DNA of 64,000 nt from Mobula hypostoma (Eukaryota): positions 82,834,001 to 82,898,000 of the forward strand of contig NC_086097.1 of assembly GCF_963921235.1 (NCBI RefSeq). The letters run 5' to 3'. Shown piece by piece: positions 21,501-33,500 of the stretch; positions within the stretch are counted from its first letter, which is position 1; each line of letters starts with the position of its first letter. The notes beneath the pieces are model-generated. The model saw only the letters and a list, made by a program, of their open reading frames with translations, was not told where the DNA came from and did no database searches. The position numbers were made by a program, and so were the translations under genes.

Positions 21501-24500
21501 TTCCTATTCGTTATCGATAGAGGAATTCATCCTGTGTACGCTGCTGTGTTCTTTTGATTGACTATAACAAAATCAGCACAGTCCCCTAGTGCAAAGAATA
21601 GACCCTACTCATTGTCTTGCTGCATGAAGTAATGTCATAATCCAACAGTAAATTTCCTGACTTTGTGTTGTCAGGAGAACAAGTTTAGATGTGTCATCTT
21701 CATCTCTTTCTTCATCTTCATATTTCTTGCCTTGATGTTTTGATATAATAATGTCAATGGTTGTACCCTCCAAATCTTTATTTCTATTAAAATTCCACAA
21801 TTTCATTCAAGATGTAACATTCCGGAATTGTAACATTCAAGATGATTGTCAATACCTTCAAGTTCTTCACAGTGTCTAACTTGTTGAAGTAGTAAAATTG
21901 TTTCATTTTCATTACAGGCTGTTTCTGGCATCTCCAAGCCTGAATGCTTGAAACCACAGTGAGCAAAATAGTTCTGAGATGTCTTATGCTAGTTAGAAAC
22001 TGCTTGTCAACATTTTCCTGTCACAATTAAGTGGCATAGTGTCCCAAATATGCAAGGGGAATCCCAAATATTTTCTTGATTAGTTTTTGTTCTTAAAGAG
22101 TTGTCCCAAATCAATGCTGCTCCAATTAACCAAAGGCCCAATTAACTGGAATCAACTGTATAATAATGATTTGGATGAGAATGTAAGTAGCCTGATTAGT
22201 TAGTTTGCAGATGACACCAGAATTGTTGAGCAGTAAAGCAAGTTGTTTGAAGTTACAACTAGGTGTTAATCAACTAAGAAAGTGAACAAGGAATGGTGGA
22301 TGGAATTTAACTCAGACAAGGGTGAAATGATGCATTTTGAGATGTTAAATCAGGGCAGAACATATGCAGTAAATGTTGCATTCTCTGGAGAATGTTGGTG
22401 AACAGAGAAACCTTGGAGTACATGCATAGCTGCCTGAACATTGCAGTAGGATAGCGAAGAAAGCATATGGTATGCTTAGGAAGAGGTATAGTTGACTGTA
22501 CCTCTTCCTATAGATGCTGCCTGGCCTGCTGCATTCACCAGCATTTTTTGTGTGTGTTGCTTGAATTTCCAGCATCTGCAGATTTCCTCGTATATGGTAT
22601 GCTTGCCTTCATCAACTGAGGCACAGAGTATAAGAGTTGGGGTATTATTTTACAGTAGTACAAAATTTTTGATAGGCCATACTTGGAGCATTGTGTGCAG
22701 TTCTGGTTGCCGTACTACAGCAAGCATGTGATTACGGAAATGATTCATAATGATGGGGCCTTGGTTGGCAGGCTGGGTCCATTTTCCCAGGAGCAAGGAG
22801 GCTGGGCAGTGAAATAACAGAAGTATATAAGATTATGAGAGCCATAGAATGGGTAGATAACTAGGGTCTTTATTTCCCAAGCTAGTGATATCTAAACCAG
22901 GGGACTTGGCTGGAAGGTGGGAGGGAGAAGATTTAATAGAAATCTATGGAGTAAATTTTTTACACAGAGTCATCTACATCTGGAATGGAGGTGATGGAGG
23001 CTGCAACAATTACAATGTTTAAGAGGCATCTGGACAGGTATTGAAAGACAAAGGCATTAAGACATACCAAATTATTATAGGCTCGTGGAATTACTATAGA
23101 TAGACATGATGATCTGCATAGATTCAGTGGGTCAAAGGGCCTTGTTACTATGCCACACAGATTTACAGCCCTGTGAATCTAATGCCACTGAACCAAGAAT
23201 AAAGCTCTTTGAAATCAAAAATAAAATAGTCAGGAGAAGATGGTGGCGCGATGCAGCTCACAGTGGCCACTCCAGTGGTGACGTCTGTTATTTGTCAAGT
23301 AGGGTGCCATGCACAATCCTGATTTGATGGAGACGGACGTGAGAGCATGGAGGAACATCTGGTGAAACTTCTGAAATGCCTGCTTCGCTGCTGCTGCTAC
23401 TGTGTGGTCCAGAATCTCTGGAGGAGAAGGCCTCGAGTCCTCGGCTTTGCTTGTTGCTCGGCGGTCAGGTCGGGGTCGAAGCACTCGGCAGAGGATGTTG
23501 CTCGGAGAGGCTGTGTCAGAGGGGCTGGTCGGAGGCTCAAGGTTTTCAGACAGACTCAGAGTCTGCTGCGGTCGGGTGCTTCCAATGGTGCTGCATCGGC
23601 GAGTTGGCGGCACTTGGAGGTTCATGGCAGGGAGAGTTTCTCCTTTCTGCCGCCTGCATGGGATGATGAGTCTATCGGGTTTTTGAGACTTTTATTTACC
23701 GTGCCCATGGTCTGCTCTTTATCAAATTATGGTATTGCTTTGCACTGCTGTAACGATATGTTATAATTATGTGGTTTTGTCAGCTTTAGTCTTGGTTTGT
23801 GCTGTGTTTTCTTGTGATATCATTCTGGAGGAACGTTGTATCATTTTTTAATGCATGCATTTCTAAATGACAATAAATGAGGACTGAGTGTCCTCATGAT
23901 CTAGAAACAATTACTGGAAATATTTGGAAGGTCTGCCAACATTTGTGGAGTGAAATAGGTAATGTTTCATGTTCATACATGTTTGTCATCTCATCAAAGT
24001 TTTCTGGTTCTTCCTAAACCGTGTGTAAAATGCAACCCAGCTGATTAGAACATCATTCAGCAATGATCATTATATTTGTACTAATGTTGTCATAGACTGT
24101 TCAATCATCTCTATCTGCTTATCTTTCTGAAGCCATGTCATTTAGCAAACATGCATTCAACACCCTACTCCATTGATGGACATGAAACCATTCAATATTC
24201 TTGCCAATGGTTCATGCTGTGAGGTAGGAAGAAGAAAATCACAGTCCTTTTCGCCCTTGAATCCAATTAATACAGTTTAATTAAGCAATTAAATTAAATC
24301 TGATGTCTAGAGTAGGCAGTGTGATCATCTCTGCATGAGTCAAACTAGAATATATTCTTTGAAAAAAAGTTTAAGCAATTGACATACTAATTTGACAAAT
24401 TGGGTGGTAGGGTGGAGATGCATTTCTACTAAAGGAGGTGTAAGGTGTTCCTTCCCCCCAATAGCCTGCAGGTCATCCTTGGGCAAGGTGTGGTACCTGC

Positions 24501-27500
24501 TTATTCCCCCTGATCAGGGTCACACGAAGCCATGGGAGCAGGTGGTGGATGGTTGTATGAGCGGCTGGTGCTTATCACAAGTCCTGGTTATGTGACCACA
24601 GATGCCAGGCAATCTCTGAAGAGTATTGATAATGTCACTCGTCTTGTAAGGGCGCTGCCCAGAAGAAGGCAAACCACTTCTGTAGTGGTTGGAAAGACCA
24701 TGATCGCCCATGTCATACTGACACGACACATAACAAATGAACGAATGAGACAAAATTCAGCATCCAGCCTCTTATTGTGCTGTGATCTTTCAAGCTATAA
24801 TTAATATGGAAATTGTTTGTTACCTGTTTTTCCCTTCCAGCTTACTTTTTGGATCAATGAGAAGATGTTAACAGCCCAGGATACTACTTATGACGAAGCT
24901 CGCAATCTTCACACAAAATGGCAGAAACACCAAGCATTTATGGCTGAGCTGGCATCAAACAAGGAATGGCTGGACAAAATTGACAAGGTGAAGCAAGGCT
25001 GAGGGATGTAAAGACTAAAGACTTGTGACAATGTGCCTAATAGAGAAACTTTCCTGTTCTCCATTTCCTTCTTCTCATGTTGTTAATGAGTTACCATGTA
25101 CTTAAATGTCTTGTTTAAATATTGTCAATGTTGGTTCTTGTGTCATGTATTTTCCTGGGAATAAATCCCTACTTAGTAGGACCTAACAGAGGACATTTAA
25201 ACACCATTGTATTTAGACATAATAATATATGGACAAGATATTCTAGTTTGTTCATAAACAATAATCTAGGAAAAATGATACTGACAAATCAGATAAGGTT
25301 GTTAAATAACATTTTTTGCCTAGGTTTTGCTGAAACTCTTTCTATCTTGATGAGATGTTCTAGAAAATTTCTTTTCCTTGGTATATTGGTAGATAGATAG
25401 TCAAAATTAATTTTGTGTTAAATAACAGTTCAATTTTAAAACTTGCTCCAATGTTTCCCACCCCTCGTCTTTCTCATTGTTCTTCTAGTTCTATAACATT
25501 TTGAGATACCTGCGTTCCTCCAACTCTCATCTTTAGCCCATGTTTGCCCTTGGTAGATGTACTTTCAACACTTGTGGCCTTACTTTTTGGAGTTTCCTGC
25601 TGAACTGCCGTCTTTTGTCTCCACCTTTAAGGCATTTCTCAATATCTTTACCTTTTACAATAATATTTAGTCATTTACTCTTGTGTAGGTCACTACCAAA
25701 ATTACTTAATAAATGGCTTTTCAAGTGGCTATAAAGTTTATACTACATGAACAAAAGTACAACATAAAACAGAACTTATTTTTGCTGTAAATTGATTTTG
25801 AGAACCTGTGTTTTATAAATTTAATGGAATCTGTCAATAGTTTATTATCCATTATCCACAGAGTAAATATTTCCATAGTCAAAATAATAATGAAATTCTT
25901 TAAAATCATGTGGAAAACATTCTCCAGTGTGCTAATCCATTTGCATTTTAAATGGAATGTAAATTGTTTTTAGTGACTTACTGTACCTTACGTAATTTGG
26001 ATATAAAATATGTCAAGTAGCTGTAGTGACATTTCATCTTTCATTTCTGACATCATCCACAACTTAACATCAATTTTCATTTTAATTAATTATCTTATTG
26101 ATAATTGTAAGTAAAATCCCAGCAATTCTTATGATATATATATATTTACACATTTACTTAAATAAATTTGCCTTCTTTTGCTCATTTTTAGGGAAAAAAA
26201 GACAGCAATTTCAGTTGGAAATGAAGATGATCTAAACAAGTAATATATACTAAAGACAAATAGAGGATTTAATCCCCTTAATCCTATATTTACATGAAAA
26301 ACAATTTAAAAACTCTAATTAGTGCAGCATGTAAATATTTTACGATTAGTGTAGGATATTTAGGAATTGTTTTTATTTGGGTTTGGGATTGTTTTCACAG
26401 TCCCAAGTCAGCCTGATCAAATTAATAGAAGTTTATGTTGTTGGCTTTAATCACACCTGCATTCAACTTTTGCTATTATGAATTACACTTTCAGTAATTA
26501 TAAGTAATATTCTAGCAGTGCTAATAATGTACTTCTTTCCCCATTTAAAATAGAACATAGAACAGTACAGCACAGTACTGTCCTTTCAACCCACAAAGTT
26601 GTGCCAACATTTTAACCTACTCCAAGATCAAACAAACCTCTTCCCCTAACATAGGTTTTACACTATCCACAACACTGTCAACCTTTGTGTCACCTACAAA
26701 CATACTAACCCATCCCTCCTCTTCCTCATTCAAGTCATTTATGAATATCAAAAGAGCAGGGTCGCAGAACAGCTCACCACGGACCACCACTAGTCACTGA
26801 CCTCCAGCCAGAATACGCTCCGACTGTTACCACCCTCTGCCTTCTGTGGGCTTGCCAATTCTGAATCTATGCAGCCTAGTATCCCTGGATCCCATGCCCC
26901 CGTCTTTCTGAATGAGTCTACCATGGAGAACCTTGTAGAAAGCCTTACTAAAATCCATATACATCATATCCACCGCTCTTCCTTCTTCAATTTGTTTTTT
27001 CACTTCCTCAAGAAGGATCAATCAAGCTCATGAGGCATGAAACAGCCATGCTGAATCAGATTATGCTTCACCAAATACTTGTAAGTCTTGTCTCTGAGAA
27101 TCCTCTCCAATGGTTTGCCCATCATTGATGTAAGACTCACTGGTCTTTAATACCTAGGATTATCCAATTACCTTGAACAACAGAATAACAGTTGCCAACT
27201 TCCAATCTTCTGGTACTTCTCTTGCAGTCAGTGAAGATGCAAAGACCTTGCCAATGGGACAGCAATCTTTTCCCTTGCTTCTGTAGTAACCTGGGGTACA
27301 TCTCATCCATCTCTGGGGACTTACCTATTGTAATATTTTTCTAAATTTCCAACACATCCTCTTTCTTAACCTCAACATGTTTCAGTATATTAGCCTGTTC
27401 TACGCTGACTTCACATTCATCAACATCCCTCTCACTGCTGCAATGTATTCATTAGGGACCTCTCATAACTTGTCTGAGTCCAGGTATATTTCTTCTTTTA

Positions 27501-30500
27501 TATATTCTCCTGTCCCTTATAAATCTCCAACCTGGCTACCTTATAACTCTCAGGAGCCCTGAGAGCTCTTTGCTTCTTAAACCTTAAGTATACTTCCTTC
27601 TTCTGCTTGACTAGATGTTCCACATCTCTTGTCAACCATGATTCCTTCATCCTACCATCTTTTCCCTGTCATAATGGAACAAAAATATCCAGAACCCTAT
27701 ATTACCTATACTGTCAGCTCTTATCCCAGTCCAGGGCTATGTTGAATGTTAAGGAATTGCTTCTGAAATGCCCACACAACAAGGAAGAATTTGACTGCCC
27801 CTGAATTATATTTGACTATTAATCTAATAGGAGGCAGGTTGCCTTAGAAGTGAATTCAAAGCACTTTTCATTAGACATATAGAGTAACACACTCAAAATG
27901 CTGAAGGAACTCAGCAGGGGTCAGGCAGCGTCTGTGGAGTAGAATAAAGAGTCAACATTTCAGGCTGGGATCTGCTGAATTCCTCCAGAATTTTGTGTGT
28001 GATGCTCTGGATTTACAATATCTGCAGGATTGCTTGTATTTATCATAACACATTTTTTTTTGTGCTGTACCATTATCAGGAAGGAAAGCAGCTGATGGAT
28101 GAGAAGCCAGGTTTTAAACCAGTTGTCTCGGAGAAACTGAAGGAACTGCATGATCAGTGGGAAATCCTGGATTCCACCACTAAAGACAAGGCTGACCGGC
28201 TGTTCCAAGCAAACCGATCAGAGCTTTTCTCACAGGGCTGTGAAGACCTGAACAAGTGGATGGATGACCTGGAGTCACAGCTACATTCTGAAGACTTTGG
28301 AAAGGACTTGACCAGTGTCAATATCCTGCTGAAAAAGTTACAGGTTATGACTCTATTTACTATTTCTCTCTCTACACGGATGGCTCCTGACATGCATTTC
28401 TTGTTCGTATGTAAACTAGTTTAACTGGCTAGTTCAACTAGGTTCCACTGGATGTTTTGTAGAAACATTTGAAATTAATGACAATTCTGCAACTTATGAG
28501 TAACTACCTCCCTGTAGCTCCTATCAATCATCTCCTCATTCTCCCATATGAGCCAAAGGTCTCAGATTGCAGCTCCAGTTTCTTAATATGGTCTCTAAGA
28601 AGCTGTAGCTCGATGCATTTAGTGCAGATGTTGATATCAGGGAGATAGTCTTCCCATAACTCACACAATGAACATATCACTAACTCTGTACCCACTCTCT
28701 GCCCACTAGCTAAATACTGATAGACAAAGAAAGACAACTTATTAGAAACTAATATAGAACCTCCGACTGTTTTTACCGAAGCCTGTAGAGCCACACCACA
28801 TACACGTCCCCTCTTTTTATTGGTGCAAATAAAACTCACTCCTGACAAGACTTGTCTTTTCAAATGGGTGCTGCTTCACAATGATGACTCTCTCTCACTT
28901 GCTACTTCAAACAGCACCCACTAGTGGACAAATTGTGCACACAATCAAAAATACTGTGAAGATGATCGTAGTTACGCAATGGAGTTATACTTAAGTAGAA
29001 TAATTATTTTTCAAGCCCCTCTCAGGTGTTTATGTTTACTTAATATTATTTATAATTGAGATTCATTGGTACATAATCAGAGTCCTTATTTGCTATGGCA
29101 CTCATTATGGGAACTCCAGCAGTATGAATTTGCTGAGTGCATATTGAGTTGATGTATGTCTATGATCCGCTGCGTTGTTTCATAACACTTGGATATTAGA
29201 TAGTGTCTTACTCAAATAAGAACAATTTACTATAACATAAAAATATTCTCTCTTGATTTTGCTCACCTGTATTTAGAGAAGTATCTCAGGAATTGATAGT
29301 CATGAACTGCTGAATTAAACACTACTTCGCCTTTTGTTGGTGATCACGCTAATTTTTCAATTATGTAACATGTCTATTATTATATTTAAGAATGATTCAG
29401 AAACATTATTTTCAAAGTAATTTTGTGGCTCTCAAATCGTCTTCTCTGAAAGTCCTTCAGCTCTATCTGTTGCTCTTGTCTTTTTGCCAGTTTTTAAAAT
29501 TTCATATCAAATTATGGAACAGATGATGACTTTCACATAAAAACATCAGAATATGGGATGTGATAAAACCTGATTTGTCATCAAGCAGACATGTGAGATG
29601 ATATCTAACCATTGGCCAGCAGTCCTGGTCTTATTTCCCTTTTTGTCAGTTAAATGGATTGTTTTGGTTGTGAACAGATGACAGAAAATCAAGTGGAAGT
29701 GCGACAGAAAGAGGTGGAGGATCTTCTAAGTCAGGCCACAATTCTCTCTCAAGAAAGACAATTGGAGACTGATGGGAAGGAAAAGAAAATAGAGAAGAGA
29801 TTCTTACAGCTGATGAGCCCACTGCAGGAACGGCGTCAAAGTCTTCTCTCATCAAAGAAGAGCTTTCAGTTTTATCGGGATCTGGAAGATGAATCTGTAA
29901 GAAGTTACAGTAATTTTTTTCACAGATTAACTAAAGTCATGAATTGCACAGATATTAATTAAAGTAATTTTTGAATATTTATACCTTCACATGTTCTCTC
30001 TTAGCTTTGGGTGAAAGAACGGATGCCCTTAGCAACGAGCACAGACCATGGCCAGAATTTGCAGGCAGTGCAGCTCCTAATGAAAAAGAATAAGGTAGGT
30101 CATGTTAATTGAAAGCTTCCATCAAGCATTTCAATGAAGTTTTGTACATGGAATATTGAACTCAAAGAATAACCTTTATTTGTCTGTTGCTTTTAAAATG
30201 ATAATTTTGATTAACTTATGTTTGACTAGAAGTTTAGGCACTGGACTGGCTAGAGCTAAGGTCTACCCTGTTTTATTTCATCATTGTGTGTGAGTTGTTA
30301 CATATCACAAATTACCTCAATATAGAGTCTGATATCCCACTACTGCTGTTAAATCATCATGTAAAGGACTTTGAAACAGTATGGTTTTCATCATAATTCC
30401 TTGATAGTTATAATTGTTGTAGGGGAATTGAGGCAGAGAATTAAGTGATAGAAAGTCTTTTCCTTTATGATCATACCATAACACTCATTCCTGTTGATTA

Positions 30501-33500
30501 ATTCCACTGAAATTTTCACAAAACATCTCACAATCTTCAGGTAAGCCAGATCCGAGGTGGTTGGCAACGCCCAGCACACCACCCACAGGATTCTTGCAGT
30601 TGTACATGGCACACCCCCACATTTGTGGGCTTTGAAGAAGTTGGATATTTTTGATTACCAATGACATTAAAAAAATATTGAAAAACCTGATAATTTAAAA
30701 AGTTAAAAATAATCAAAACACCGGCTTGAATTACTCTGTGAGGTAAGATCAAATGTTGACAAGGCTAACACAGATGAATACATAGATTTTAAGAAGGAAT
30801 ACAAAAATGAAACGGTCAACAGCAACGTGGATAAGCTTAAAGGCAGAAAGTGGAGGGTCAGGGTAATATTATATTACCAGACCAGAAGATGTAGACAGTA
30901 GTGTTTCCAAGGACCAGTGTTGGTGCAGCTACTTTATTTTTTATAAATAATTTAGAGAGGGAACGGCAGGTCAGAATTTCCAAACTTGAGAATGACGCAT
31001 GGCTTGTCAGCTGAGCATACTGTGTTGAGGAAAATAATAGACTGCCGTATCCTGGCAGAATGGGGAGATGAGATTCAGAAGAAATTGTCAGAGAAGGATG
31101 AAGGAGTTCACTTTGGCAAAAAGAATAAGGGACACATACTGTATCTAGAGGTTGTTTGGGATTGGAGGGAGCTGGGTGACTATATGTATATAAATCCTAG
31201 AAAGAGACACATGTTAAAAAGCTGGTTGGTAAAATATATGAACCACTAGATTATTAAACAGATGCTCAAAATTTAAGAGCAGGAATGATATATTGAACCA
31301 ATATAGACCAGGGAAAGGTGGGGAAATGACACAAAGTGGTTTGCTCAACTGTGGGCTTGGTGGGTACAAGGACAATCAAAATCTTTGCAATTAACTCATT
31401 TAAGTCAAAGATATTTAAATCATCTTATACATCGCACACTGTCACAGTTGTTGCTCCCCATTCAAGTGAATGAACCAACTACTAGATGGCATGGTGGTGG
31501 AGTTCAGAAGTCTGCACTTCATCACCATCTTCCATGAGGAGTGCAGCACTGGAAGGCAATGATAACACTGGACAACAAATTTCTTCAAAAGTGTTGCTTA
31601 CTCAGAATTTTTTGTTGATTATAGACCACATGAAGCTAACACAAGTATAATTTCAGACTACTTGTATCACATTGGAATTTGGAGAAACAAGAAATTAACT
31701 TTTATTGAATATAATGAGTTTAATTGCATAATGGTGCTGATGCTTTGCCATACTTCAACTAAGCTAAAAATGTTTTTTCGGTATTTTTCATCTGTAGTCA
31801 GTGTCTGAGGCTTCTTGCTTAAGTGTCCCAACAATAATCAGCCAGCATTGATGGATTCCAGTTGCCCTGCATTTCTCCATGGCTACAATGTCCTGGTGAA
31901 GCCTTTCACCATGCTCGTCAAGATCTGCAGGGAAGAAGTCTAAATGGGAATGCAGAAAATGAATCTTTAGTGACATGTTGCACTTCATGGTTTTGTATGC
32001 TTGAAGCATGTTGTCAATCTACTGCACATAGTTTGGTGCTCTGTAGTTGCCAAGAAAATTTTTGACAACATTCTTGAATATCTTCTATATGATTTTGTTC
32101 GGACCCACTAAAAGTTCTTCATACCACATGTCAGTGATGACCTGTTTGATTTGTGGACCAGAAAATGCCTTCCTTAATCTTGACATCAGATATTCTGAAT
32201 TGAATTATGAATTGGAATTGGCTGGTCTGATCAGAGGGGATGATGAGACGGCCTACAGGGACGAGGTCCAGCACCTGGCTGCGTGGTGTGCCGACAACAA
32301 TCTGGCCCTTAACACCCAGAAGACCAAGGAGATTGTTGTGGAATTCAGGCATGCCAGGAGTCACACTCACGTCCCCATCTACATCAACGGAACTGTAGTG
32401 GAGCATGTATCAAGCTTCAGATTCCTTGGTGTCCACATTTCCGAGAATCTCACCTGGTCCCTGAACTCCTCCATTCTGATCAAAAAGGCGCATCAGCACC
32501 TTTATTTCCTGCAGAGCCTGAAGAAAGCTCACCTCTGTCCCAGGATACTGACGGACTTTTACCACTGTACCATTGAGAGCATACTCACCAACTGCATCTC
32601 AGTGTGGTATGGCAATTGTCCCGTATCGGACCGCAAAGCACTTCAGCATGTGGTGAAAACTGCCCAGCGGATTATCGGCACCCAATTGCCCACCATTGAG
32701 AACATCTACCATAAACGCTGCCTGGGCAGGGTGAAAAGCATTATCGGGAATGCATCTCACCCTAACCATGGACTTTTTACTCTCCTCCCATCCGGTAGGC
32801 GCTACAGGAGCCTCCACTCCCGCACCAGCAAGCACAGGAAGAGCTCCTTCCCTGAGGCTGTGACCCTGCTGAATCTCACATCACAGCGCTAAGCAGTATT
32901 GCACCCATATTGTACTGTCTCAGTACTTTTATATTTGTGTGCTGTAGCACTTTTTTATTCGCAGTTATTTTGTAAATAACACTATTCTTTGCATTTCTGG
33001 TCAGATGCTAAATGCATTTCATTGGCTTTGTATCTGAACTCGGCACAATGACAATAAAGTTGAATCTAATCTAATCTAACCTAAAATATAGGCAATTTCA
33101 AAAAATGGTGTGTGATTGGGAAATTTTATGTTCATTTTCATGGTCAGCAGCCCAAAGTCTATAAATTACACCCAAAAGTATTCAGGAAGCAAAATTTTGT
33201 TGTCCAGTGTAATCAGCTGTGAGGGAGTGTGGGAGGTCTACAGAAAATTTTGAGTCTGCACTTGAAGACAATTTGCATTGCGAACAATTAACATTACTGT
33301 TTCACTTCAGCAAATTCTTCAAAACACAATCCATCTGATTTTGTTTGTCTTTTCTTCTTCTGGGAGAATAATTAATAGCAAATTAAAGTTTATAATTATT
33401 TGGACTTCGGAAGTCCACTTGGTTACCTCCACTATGTTGCAACTATGACTTCTCTTTTGTTTCCACAGACTTTGCAGAAGGAAATTCAAGGGCATCAGCC

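Larger units (their letters stand above)
16190..23150 (+). mobile_element. Near full-length degenerate CR1 (ORF1 zinc-finger/esterase, ORF2 EN-RT, 3' UTR) hosting several nested insertions
   Basis: [24 protein letters not shown] and DGLHLN (ORF1); YFNARSI (EN); NDLDE..FADD (RT); CR1 3' UTR near 23100. Confidence 0.8.
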
